From Octopus vulgaris (lineage: Eukaryota): 64,000 nt of DNA. Where the stretch lies: the NCBI GenBank assembly GCA_951406725.2, contig OX597814.1, positions 62,558,001-62,622,000 on the forward strand. Reading direction: 5' to 3'. Both the position numbers and the translations under genes were made by a program. Shown here in pieces: positions 42,100 to 53,769 of this stretch. The stretch's first letter is position 1. The number at the start of each line of letters is the position of its first letter. The notes under the pieces were generated by a model. It worked only from the letters and a program-made list of their open reading frames with translations, was not told the origin of the DNA and searched no databases.

Positions 42100-42244
42100 T
42101 GTATGTATGTATGTATGTATGTATGTATGTATGTATGTATGTATGTATGTATGTATGTATGCATGTATGTATGTATGTATGTATGCATGCATGCATGTAT
42201 GTATGTATGTATGTATATATGTATATGTATGTATGTAGTTATGT

Positions 42245-43818
42245 CATTATTCAGTTTATTTCAAGATTTCTTGCCAATAGAGAAAGGTTCCTTCATTGGA
42301 ATTTCGACATCAACAGGGTATTTTTTGTGTGTATGTATATATGTACAGATTTGATTGTTTTATGCATAGAGTTACATATCTAGACATGCTCATATATATT
42401 TAGATAATAAACTTCTGGAAAGTTTTACAGATTGGATCTGTAGTCTTCGAATTAACTTTCTTCTTTCTGGTTTTGAGAAGCTTAATTTCTCAAGTTTGGT
42501 ATTTAGGCACTGTGTTACATATCCCAGGGCCCCAATAATTACAGGTATAACCCTGAACTCGTAATCTGGATAGAGTAACTGTAGATTTCTCAATAGTTCA
42601 TCATCGGTGTTCTCTTTTTCACTGATCTTCAGCTTTATATTAACATCCGCTGGTTAGCTAATTTCCACAACTGCGCACAGTTTCTCTTCTCTATCCCAAA
42701 TCATTATATCAGGTCTGTTGTGCTTACATTTTATTGAGATCTTCACTGGTACATTCCACCAGTATTCCTTTTCATTATGAGTGGCTATGCTTCTACTATA
42801 TTGTGATTTTTTATTTCTTTGTCCTCGAGATTATCCTTCCAGCGGATTTCATTATAGATTGTCCTAGCTACAACGTCATGTCTCATCTGTAGATAATACC
42901 GTGATGACATTTTCTGACAACTGCTTATGATGTGGGTGATATCTTCAGTGAGAACTCCACAAAGTCTGCATCGGTTGTCACATTTTACGGCTTTTACCGC
43001 ATCTCTATCCCTTTTGTGCATCAGGTACTTGGTTGATATTTCCTGTTCCTAGATTGCAAAAGCATACTCTTCAAAGTGGGAGGTAATAATCCGGCTATTC
43101 GTCCATAATACACTGCTTTGATGATCTATGTTACTATCATTACAGAGCTTTCTACTAATATATCCACGCATAGTCTTCTGCTCATATAGGCTCATCTTTT
43201 CATCTGGTGATACGTTGCAGTAGAGTCGTGCGACTTCTTTGGGCATGTATTCTAGGTTATCAAAGAGTGTTGCTCAAGGAGCTGCCTTCCAAGTTTTATA
43301 ATGTTAAGCCTCTGTCCTCTTGTTTACGTTTTAGGTAGAGGCGGTCTACATCACTGTTTATGTGGAAATTATGTGTGCTTGTTAGTATTTTTCGGGTTTT
43401 CACATCAATGGCTTGGATTTCATCAAGCGTCCAATCAAGCAGCCCAAATGTTGGTATGAGTACTGGCACTGCAAACACATTGTCGGCCACTGTTTTTTGA
43501 ATGCAGAAACTTCTGAGGTCCAAATTTTCTTTATTCGGCTGTAATATTCTTTAATGACACATGTTTTGTTACAGGTACCACTGTAAGATATATTTTAATC
43601 CACCCCTAGATACCTGTAAAATTCCTCGTCAGATACAGGGGAACAGTTAAATTATTGATGCTACTAGCCTGGTTTATAGTTTCGCCCCTTTTCACAATCA
43701 TAGGGCAACATTTATCCTGATCAAAGTCCAACCCTACATCCTTTGAGAATGTTGTAACTAGGCCAAGGCTCTTTTTCATCTCATGCATATTCTTTGCATA
43801 AAGTTTTAAGTCATCCAC
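42245..43818 (-). mobile_element. R4/Dong-like LINE, 5'-truncated
   Basis: VDDLKLYAK, DVDRLYLKRK, CRLC..HIISSC..RHD (CCHC), NRPDIMIW..VEIS, IPVIIGALG; 3' end AATAAACTGAATAAT. Confidence 0.92.
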
Positions 43819-43889
43819 GGGCATAAGGTGTTGTGGTTAAGAGGGCGGGCTACTATCCCCAAGATTCCGAGTTCGATTCTAGACAGTGA

Positions 43890-43893
<4 letters not shown>
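43819..43893 (+). mobile_element. tRNA-derived SINE head
   Basis: A-box-like GGTGTTGTGGTTAAG, GGG-CTACTAT-CCC arm, B-box GAGTTCGATTC (43869-43879), followed by (AAT)n. Confidence 0.7.
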
Positions 43894-43931
<38 letters not shown>

Positions 43932-43944
43932 AAATAAAAATAAA

Positions 43945-43976
<32 letters not shown>

Positions 43977-43988
43977 TAATAATAATAA

Positions 43989-44096
<108 letters not shown>

Positions 44097-44112
44097 TAAT
44101 AATAATAATAAT

Positions 44113-44527
44113 TAAGGCCAACAGGCCAGATATAGAGATCATGAAGAAAAAAATGCTTTCTAATTGATGTATCAATACCGGCAGATGACAACGTGTCTCT
44201 AAAAGAAATGGAGAAACTCTCAAAATACAAAGACCTGGAAATAGAGGTAACCAGAATGTGGAATCTGAAAACAGAAACAATCCCTATCATAGTAGGTGCA
44301 TTAGGCATGATAAAAAAATATTCAGAAAAATACATAACAAAAACACCAGGACTTACAAACACATATAACATACAGAAAATTGCACTACTAGGCACTGCAC
44401 ACATCCTACGCAGAACACTTTCCATACAATAACCATCAGAGCATCACGACAAATCACAACACATACCCAAGGCACACAGAGCTGCGCTCGGTAGTGAAGT
44501 GAAAGCACGCTATAAAAATAAAACTAC

Positions 44528-44529
<2 letters not shown>
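44113..44529 (+). mobile_element. R4/Dong-like LINE 3' fragment inserted in (AAT)n
   Basis: KANRPDI..LIDVSIPADDNVSLKEMEKLSKYKDLEIEV..PIIVGALG..LGTAHILRRTL; (AAT)n on both sides. Confidence 0.92.
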
Positions 44530-44588
<59 letters not shown>

Positions 44589-44644
44589 CAACAACATCGG
44601 AAAAATACCTTAGGAATGAGAATCTAGGTTCGAAATTCCCCCAG

Positions 44645-44690
44645 GACACCTGATGAAGGCTGGAGAGTACATGAGCCGAAACTTTGTGTT
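44645..44690 (+). ncRNA. Minimal type-I hammerhead ribozyme-like motif (this copy probably mutated)
   Basis: GACAC-CTGATGA-A-GGCT..AGCC-GAAAC-TTT-GTGTT: stem I GACAC/GTGTT, intact core boxes, stem II GGCT/AGCC. Confidence 0.65.
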
Positions 44691-44779
44691 AACAACAAAC
44701 AAGATGAGGACAAATATCCGTCAAATGTAAATATTGTAAATAATCTACATAATTTCTCATCTCTCAAATATAAAACTGT

Positions 44780-44897
44780 ATGCTCATATATATTTAAGTG
44801 ATAAGCTTCTGGAAAGTTTTACAGACTTTTACAGTTCCAGAAATGGATTTGATCTGTAGTCTTCGAATTAGCTTTCTTCTTTCTGGTTTTGAGAAGC
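44780..44897 (-). mobile_element. Short second copy of the Dong 3' end
   Basis: Near-identical to 42386-42482 (gatctgtagtcttcgaatta.ctttcttctttctggttttgagaagc). Confidence 0.85.
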
Positions 44898-45089
44898 CTC
44901 GAGAGATAGTGGCAGGCAGTGGATGTTTTGGTCTGAGGGAGGCCTGCGTTGCCAAATGGTGCCATAGTTATCATATGCACAGCTGTCCAACGTCCTAAAA
45001 TCGATTTTATTTATTCATCTTTTGTCGTCGTAAGTGCGATTTTATTAATTTGTCTTTTGTCGTCGAAGTTGCATAGGTCGTTAGTTGAG

Positions 45090-45093
<4 letters not shown>

Positions 45094-45181
<88 letters not shown>

Positions 45182-45211
45182 ATGCATGTATGCATGTATG
45201 TATGTATGTAC

Positions 45212-45294
<83 letters not shown>

Positions 45295-45311
45295 CATGTA
45301 TGTATGTATGT

Positions 45312-45393
<82 letters not shown>

Positions 45394-45434
45394 ATGCATG
45401 TATGCATGTATGTATGTATGTACGTGTGTGTGTG

Positions 45435-45489
<55 letters not shown>

Positions 45490-45530
45490 ATGCATGTATG
45501 CATGTATGTATGTATGTACGTGTGTGTATG

Positions 45531-45587
<57 letters not shown>

Positions 45588-45617
45588 ATGCATGTATGCA
45601 TGTATGTATGTATGTAC

Positions 45618-45685
<68 letters not shown>
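45094..45685. repeat. Compound microsatellite with higher-order units (TA)n(TG)n(TATG/CATG)n-TACG
   Basis: About five recurrences of tatgcatgtatgtatgtatgtacg. Confidence 0.95.
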
Positions 45686-45689
<4 letters not shown>

Positions 45690-45903
45690 TTGCACGTTGC
45701 TTAATCATCGGTATATTATTGTTATTTTATATTTAATATTTTTATTATATGCAATTTTCTAGATGGTGTAATTTAATTGTTCATTTTGAATTGATAAAAG
45801 GTGTTTTTTTCTAATTTTTATATATATATTATATTTTGTGAAATTTGATTTAGTATTTCTAAATTGAATTTTCCCCTGTAAGTTAGGAATAATATTCCCT
45901 CAA

Positions 45904-46003
<100 letters not shown>

Positions 46004-46004
46004 T

Positions 46005-46412
46005 TGCTCTCTTTTACTTGTTTCAGTCATTTGACTGCGGCCATGCTGGAGCACCGCCTTTAATCGAGCAACTCGACCCCGGGACTTATTCTTTTGTAAG
46101 CCCAGTACTTATTCTATCGGTCACTTTTGCCGAACCGCTAAGTAACGGGGACATAAACACACCAGCATCGGTTGTCAAGCAATGCTAGGGGGACAAACAC
46201 AGACACACAAACACACACACGCATATATATATATATATATATATACATACGACGGGCTTCTTTCAGTTTCCGTCTACCAAATCCACTCACAAGGCTTTGG
46301 TCGGCCCGAGGCTATAGTAGAAGACACTTGCCCAAGGTGTCACGCAGTGGGACTGAACCCAGAACCATGTGGTTGGTTAGCAAGCTACTTACCACACAGC
46401 CACTCCTGCGCC
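46005..46412 (-). mobile_element. tRNA-derived SINE family A, near full length
   Basis: 5' GGCGCAGGAGTGGCTGTGTGGTAAG (A box), GGTTCAGTCCC (B box), internal (TA)/(TG) tract, 3' CCAGCATGGCCGCAGTCAAATGACTGAAACAAGTAAAAGA. Confidence 0.9.
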
Positions 46413-46424
46413 TATATATATATT

Positions 46425-47045
46425 TTTATTTTATATATTTTTTTATTTTATCTAGTTTCAGCTCACGAGCTGTGGCCATGCTGGGGTACCGCCATCTGGT
46501 GTTGCTACATGGTTTTATTTCACGAATGCTTTTTAGCAACTGCCATTTGGTGCATGAGAGAGTTCGATGCAGCTGCCCTCATCTGCACCTCCTGTCGTGA
46601 AGTTGGTTCATCTGGGATACCTGACAAGAAGAGATCCAGTTTCATTTTAAAGACATCTGCATCCACCCCATGCAGGTCTCTTAGGTTCTTCGGGAGGATA
46701 TTGAAGAGCTGTGGGCCTCGGAAGCCCAGGCTATCACAGTATCTTGTCCTACATATTGATGGCAAATTTGGAGTCCTTGGCATCACGCAGTGGCGCCCAG
46801 TTCTGGCATTTGTGTAACTCTCGATGCCAAAGTTTGGGACAAGTCCTTCCAGGATCTTCCAGATGTCTATTATGGCATATCTTTCTCGCCTACGCTCCAA
46901 GGAATAGAGTTTTAATCTCTTGAGTCTTTCCCAGTAGCTTATATGCTGCACAGAGGCTATCTTCTTCGTGTAGCTACGTTGGATCGCCTCAAGTTCTGTG
47001 ATCAACTTGACACTGGATGGTGACCATAGCTGAGAGCAATAGTCA
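46425..47045 (-). mobile_element. CR1-like LINE 3' fragment
   Basis: DYCSQLWSP..LEAIQRSYTKKI..SYWERLKRLKLYSLERRRERY..GPQLFNILP; A-rich tail. Confidence 0.9.
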
Positions 47046-47095
<50 letters not shown>

Positions 47096-47096
<1 letters not shown>

Positions 47097-48020
47097 GAGG
47101 GGCCTTCAATACAGTAGAGCAACGAAACTTGGCACAGTTATTAGACTTTGATAGCTTCTCTTAATTTCCTCAAAAGTGAAGCATAATAGGCTCCTGTAAT
47201 TGTGGCACCCTTTGCCAGGAAATCTGTCATTAGTACTCCGTCCTGGTCCCAGAAGACTGTGAGCATGACCTTGCCAGCAGAGGGCTGCACCCTTGCCTTC
47301 TTTGGAGGAGGTGAGTCACGGTGTGTCCACTGCATTGACTGGGCTTTGGTCTCTGGATCATAGTGATGGACCCAGGTTTCATCCTGTGTTATCAGTCTTT
47401 TGAAAAATTTTGACTCATCTTCTTGGCACATCTCCAAATTCATCCTCGAGCAATCGACACGTTCTTGCTTCTGGAAAGATGTGAGCAACCTGGGAATCCA
47501 TCTGGCAGACACCTTTTGCATATGCAAATGGTCATGAATGATAGTTTCCACAGACCCGGTACTAATCTTGACCTCATGGGCTATTTGGCGAATAGTTATG
47601 CGTCGATCTTCCAAAATGGCAGCCTCAACATGATGGACAGATGCCTCATCAATGGGAAAAGGGGGCGACCAGATCTGGGAGCTGTTTCCACAGAGTTCCG
47701 ACCATGTTTGAATTCACGATGCCAGCGTTTTACAAGGTCATATGATGGGGCATCATCACCATAAGTTACTTTCATTTCATCAAAAGTCTCCCGTGGTGTG
47801 CGTTCTTTCAAATACAAAAACCGGATCACTGCTCGACACTCAACAGGCTCCATTTCACACTTGACTCAGTTCAAACATCTGTAAATAAGAAACCACAATT
47901 AGTTCAGAGCTGTAATTTGGCACTTAATCTATAAAGATATAAATAATTGTACATGCAAAATTTCAGCTAAATCAAATAACTGCAAGTGGGTCATGAGCAT
48001 TACTTATTGAACGCCCCTCG
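47096..48020 (-). mobile_element. Mariner (irritans-like) with a 3' internal deletion
   Basis: TIRs CGAGGGGC(C/G)TTCAATA in TA tracts; WIPRLL, ITQDETWVHHYDPETK, PSAGKVMLTVFWD. Confidence 0.95.
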
Positions 48021-48482
48021 TATATATATATATATTAAAAACACATTAGCGGGTGCGTTTCTATATAATCTTCTTACATGTAGAGGAGTTTATTTCACAT
48101 AACAATAAAGCAAACGCTTTTCATTCTATGGCACTCAACATTTCTTGTTTCTTTTCTTTCCTTTCTGTCTGTCTCTATATGTCGGTTACTACTTACATAC
48201 AGCATGCAAATATTTGGAGACTGTGAGCCAACGCTAAAGACAGTCTGAAAAGTGTTTGATCTACTAAAAAAAGGAATTCGTACTAAGCAAGAAAATTTCA
48301 GCAAATGTTCCTGTGTCGGTACTGACTTCAATATGTACATATCTATACAATTTATACTTAATAAACCATGCATATAAACGTACAAATGCCTCTACAAATC
48401 CACACTAGACATAGATCATATGCATACAAAACACTTACAAACGCATTTGTGTTAGTGTGTGTGTGATCCATATAAGTATAAC

Positions 48483-48538
<56 letters not shown>

Positions 48539-49745
48539 GGATATCCGACGGTTTAGACGATGAGCATCCAGTTGTCCAATCAACTGAACTATCTTCTCAT
48601 TGAATTAGTGCGCGCGCTTGCATCTCTATATACATTACTTGACCTACTACACTCACGTTACCTTCTGTTCACCATCCTATTAACTTAGTTCTTAGCCACC
48701 TTAATTTAAGTATCTAATTATAAGTGTTTGATCCATTCTGAATAGCATTGAAAAATATGTCCCAGGATGTATGACATTACGAAGGTAAAAATGAAGCACC
48801 TAACTATATAACACTCTTGTGTGTTTTCAGGTAATTAAGGTGTTGCACCTTTACTTTGACAGAAAGAAACCGAGGTGGTGGTGGTGTTGGTGACACATAA
48901 ATTTTAAAGCCACTTCTTATTCCTTGTATGGTGACTACAATAGAACGCCTTTGGTGAGTTATCTGTTCTATCAGGGCTAACATGGAAGAGAAAAAAGAGG
49001 AGAAGAAGAGCAAGAAAAAGAACAATAACAACATTGACAACAAAAACAACGCAAAAGTTTGCTACTATTTTTGAATTCAAGTAGGATATAATATCGGAGA
49101 GTTGAATAGCTCTCATACATACATTTTTTTTCAGCTGTCATAACTCTTATATACTTCAAGAAAAAAACAAAGTAATCCCAACACCAGCGACCTATTTGGG
49201 AAAGTATCTCCGAAAGAACGAAAATGAATTCATAAACAGGAAAGTTTTCACTCACAATTACTCTTTATTTGAAATAACAATGTTGACCTAATAACCGGGG
49301 CAGTGATATTAAATTACCCTGGTCGTTTCTTTCCAAATCTAATAACGTACCTCAAGAAACAATAACCACTCAACGCCACTGATGCATACATACATACATA
49401 CATACATACATACATACATACATACGCACATACATACATACGCACATACATATATCACTTACATATACCTCGATGTAAGCGTATGCATTGTTGCGTGGTA
49501 TAGGCGCAGGAGTGGCTATGTGGTTAAAAAGCTTGTTTCTCAAACAGATGACCTTAAGTTCAATTCTACCGCGTGGTAGAGTGTCTTCTGCTGTCGCTCC
49601 AGGGCGACCGAAGCCCTGGCAGTGAATTTCATAGAAATTTTTTCATGAAAAAAGCCCGTCATATTTGTATGTATGTATGTATGTATGTATGTATGTATGT
49701 ATGTATGTATGTATGTATGTATGTATGTATGTATGTGTGTGTGTA

Positions 49746-49776
<31 letters not shown>

Positions 49777-49813
49777 ATGTATGTATGTATGTATGTATGT
49801 ATGTATGTACGCT

Positions 49814-50868
49814 CGAGGGTGTTCTGAAATGTTCCTGGCTTTGGGTAAAAGAAAATACAGGAGGATCAGTTAATTATGATTTTATTCAACACTAGTAGTG
49901 TTGCCCGGCTCGTGCGCTCGTGCGTTCTATGCTCGCGCGAATTAAGTTAAACTTCGATGAAGTTCAATCAAAATTCAATTATTTTGGTTTTAAAATCAAG
50001 CATTTAATGCCCTCTATTTTTGCGCTTATGTGTTCCATTTCCTCAATAGGAAGTACGTAGAAGCGTTTCATAAATTTTTGTTGATCAAATAATTGCATTG
50101 TTGAATTATTCTTTTAGATCAGTATTTCTCAACGGGGATTTCAGGGGAGAGTTTCAGGGAGTCGCTGGCGATGTATCGTGATGACCAAAAATCCGGCCTG
50201 CTAAAATTTGGTTAAAGTGATTGAAACTGCAGACTCAACGCAAAATGGTCACATTTAATTCAAAGCGTTAAAATTGTTATGAAAACAATTGGTATGTGTT
50301 CACAAAGTCCAAACGATTAATACGAAAAAAACCCTCCAGGCTACATCCCGAAAATTCATTTCTTTGCCGAACTTCTACAATGTTTACGGCGATTCGTTTT
50401 TATATCTTGATTTTTTAATTATTTTTCATGCAATTTACGCATGCTTGCACGCGTGGTGAACACAGTTCACGTTAAACAGCTGACTGAGTAAAGGTCACTA
50501 TTCAATGCATGGGATAAGGCCTAGACAAACACATTATCGATTTTTGCACTTGCGAGATGAATTTCGGAACAGAAATAGCGCAGTTCAATTTTCATTTGCC
50601 TAAACTTTAAGTGACCCATTTTTGGTGGTTCTACGATTTGTTGGCTAGGAGGAGATGTGCCGGGAAGTTAAACACACAGATACGCACACAGATACACACG
50701 CAGACACACAAGTTGAGTTTTATATATATAGATATTCCGCTCTCAGATTCACACACTTATTGCAGCAGTACTTCAGCTTCGAAGCCCTGTAAAAAACCTC
50801 GGATGGTTGGGCGTCCAATTAGGCCTTTCGCGACACCCTTAAAGCCGGGAATTTTTCAGTACCCCCCT
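49814..50868. mobile_element. Mariner-derived MITE interrupted by a Helitron
   Basis: Imperfect TIRs gagggtgttctgaaatgttcctggcttt / aaagccgggaatttttcagtacccccc. Confidence 0.75.
49892..50732 (-). mobile_element. Non-autonomous Helitron (~840 bp)
   Basis: Minus strand 5' TCTATATATATAAAAC, 3' CTAG; inserted between A and T with no duplication (empty site TTCAACA/TATTCC). Confidence 0.85.
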
Positions 50869-50886
50869 TATATATATGTTTATGTA

Positions 50887-52170
50887 TCAGGTCATCCCAT
50901 AAGTTCTGTTCGATTTTACCTTTTTTTAGAATTGAATGAAATTTAATAGTATTTTAGAATGTCTAATGGAATTAAAAATTATTTTTCTGCATTTGTGTGC
51001 ATTTAAACTAATTAAACATTATTTTACAGAATAATAGAATTCGAATTTCTTTGATTAAAACCCTTTATAACACGGAAGTATCCAAAGAGCATTTAAGGCA
51101 CATAATGCTTTATGAGCACATAAAATGATTTTGCTGCCGAAGCGACTCGAAACATACACTCAGTTTATGGGAAATAATGTTTGAATGAAAGAACTTGCAG
51201 AAGATGGTTTGCAAAATTCAGAAGTGGAGATTTCAGCCTTGAAGATAGAGATTGAACAGGACGTCCAGTTGAGTTTGATGATAAGTTCCTTGAGGCATTA
51301 CTTGAAGAAAATCCTGCATTATCAGTTGAAGAATTGGCAACAAAGCTTAGTTAAAACCATACAACTGTTCATCGTCATCTTCAACAACTTGGAAATGTTC
51401 CTAAACCTGGAAATTGGGTGCCTCATGAATTGTCCGAAAGCAACCGCAAATCCCGAGTCGACATCTGCTCTTCTCTCCATTTTCGTGAACTCATTTCACC
51501 CTTTTTGTATAGACTTATGACTGGTGACGAAAAATGGATCTTCTATCGAAATGTTAAACGTCGTAAACAGTGGTTTGGTAAAAGGGAAAAAGCTCAACCA
51601 CAACAGAGAAGGGAACTTCATGGAAAAAAGGGTCTTCTCTCTATCTGGTAGGATTGCAAAGGAATAATTCACTTAGAATTGTTACCACCTAATGCAACAG
51701 TCAATGCTCAATTCTAGTGTCAGCAATTAGAGCGTTTGAACCAAGCTTTGAAGAAAAAAGACCCGCTTTAGTGAATCGAGAGGGAGTGATGTTTCATCAG
51801 GACAACGCGACCCCACACTGCAAATATCACATCACAGAAGATCGAAGAGCTCGGTTGGGAAAAAATTCTTCCTCAACCTTATTCTCTCGACCTTGTTCCT
51901 TCAGACTACCATTTGTTTCGTAGTTCACAGAATCATTTGAGAGACATAACTTTCGCAAGCCAGGAGGAGGTCGAAACTGACATTTCAGAGTTCTTCGCTT
52001 TGAAACCAAAAGAGTTTTACATTGATGGGATTAAAAAGCTTGTAAATAGACGGAAGGAAGTAATAGATAACCAGGGAAAGTACATTGATGATTAAATTTC
52101 AATTAAATATAACATTTGATCACTTGTTTTCTTTATTCAAAATTTGGACAGAACTTATGGGATGACCTGA
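50887..52170 (+). mobile_element. Mariner (mellifera-like), full length, decayed
   Basis: TIRs TCAGGTCATCCCATAAGTTCTGT with TA on both sides; WVPHEL, MTGDEKWIFY, FHQDNATPH, PSDYHLF. Confidence 0.95.
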
Positions 52171-52659
52171 TATACGTGTGTGTTTGTCCCCACCTCACCG
52201 TTTGACAATGTTGGTTTCTTTACGTGCCCGTAATATAACGGTTTGGTAAAAGACACCGATAGAATACTATTAGGCTTTAAAAAATAAGCTCTGGAGTCGA
52301 TTTTTTCGACTAAGCCCTTAAAGGTAGGGCCCAACGTGTTTCCAAAGACTGAAACTGGTAAAAGTTAATAGAGATTCACAAAAGGAAATCACTGACACAC
52401 ACACATATACGCATAAAAATGAATACTGAATATTCGGTTGTTCGATTAATTGAACCACCTCCTCATTTAATTTGGTATCTAAGTGGCTGAATATACCAAA
52501 TATAAGTGTACCCTTTATTTGCTTCTCAGGCGAAATCAGTGTGACAGTATGTGTTATAAGGCTAGACCTTTTAATTACAGGTGCAAAGTATCTGGGGAGC
52601 TTTCGGTGCATAGGTTGACTTGAGGTTACGGTAAAAGATACTTGACCAAGATGCCGTAC

Positions 52660-53372
52660 AGTATATGTCGGAGGTATTCAAATGTATCAAATAATTCCAC
52701 AGCATTTTTTACATACTACCCTAAACTATTTTTCTCTGATTCAACACAATCGTGACAATTGATCAAACCTCTCCCACTCTTTCTTTTGGACAAGTACAAC
52801 CAGTCACTGTCACTCTTAGGATGGAATGCTCCTCCCTTGCTATGCCAATAATTTCCGTATCTTCGTATCCATACTCATCAGTTTATTCTTTTGCCAGTTT
52901 ATGGTTCCAGCTCCATTACCTAAGTGATGCTATCGCCCATGTATTTACTCCTTGGAATTTATTCCATACAATCTATTTTGAGCGCGACACCATTCGTAGT
53001 CTCCGGAAATACACTTTCTTCAGCAGTTCTTTCATTTCGCCCTCCATGATTTCATTGAATTCTAGTATGCAAAGATACTTATAGTCTTCCTTTTAAATTA
53101 CTCCCCTATTTGGTAATTCTATACCTGACAGGGACTGTACATTACCTAGTTTCAGACTCGTTACACATTTCTTGAGTCAGAATTTCATCTTAACATCAGC
53201 ATTAAAACAGTGGACTGTGTTCATTAACAAACTCACTTGAACCCCATCCTTGCCATACAGCTTCAAATCATCCATGAAGAGGAGATGGGTAGTTTTTTGT
53301 GTTTTTCCCTTGAACTGATATCCCAGATTCACTTACTTCAACACCAAGGTGAGAGGGATCACGCAAAGTACA
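52660..53372 (-). mobile_element. R4/Dong-like RT fragment abutting (AAT)n
   Basis: CVIPLTLVL..HLLFMDDLKLYGK..YKYLCILE..VNTWAIA. Confidence 0.85.
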
Positions 53373-53448
<76 letters not shown>

Positions 53449-53769
53449 GACAATACAAAGAGCATGATGCGATCGCAATAGATACTTTATTGGTTGAACG
53501 ATATTTCGACAGCAAACCTCTCTTTGTCGAGTGCAAAATGAAAAGTGAAAAAATTCAAAATTATAGAAATTCAAATCTAAAATATAAACGAGATCAACCA
53601 GCGTCCACAAGATGATGGAATGACATCATCCATTTCAATTTTACAACTGGCAAAAAGAAAAAAAAAAAAAAGAAAAAAGCGAAACAAAAGAAGAGGAAAG
53701 CAAAAGAAAAGGAAAAAGAAGACTATTTAATCAAACAGTTTTGTGCAAATTTGTTGAAATTCTGTCATT

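Larger units (their letters stand above)
49503..52370 (+). mobile_element. SINE family A copy split by nested insertions (head 49503-49665, tail ~52175-52370)
   Basis: Head ggcgcaggagtggctatgtggt; tail tgtgtttgtcccc..accgatagaata..gactgaaac, colinear with the reverse complement of 46005-46412. Confidence 0.75.

Noticed and set aside
43819-43893. Functional tRNA gene
   Set aside because: Acceptor and T stems do not pair properly and there is no T-run terminator; better read as a SINE head
44949-45762. ORFs of 160-250 aa rich in VC/YI/HT
   Set aside because: Stop-free microsatellite read-through; the same applies to the poly-N/I/Y ORFs at 43828-44425 and many others
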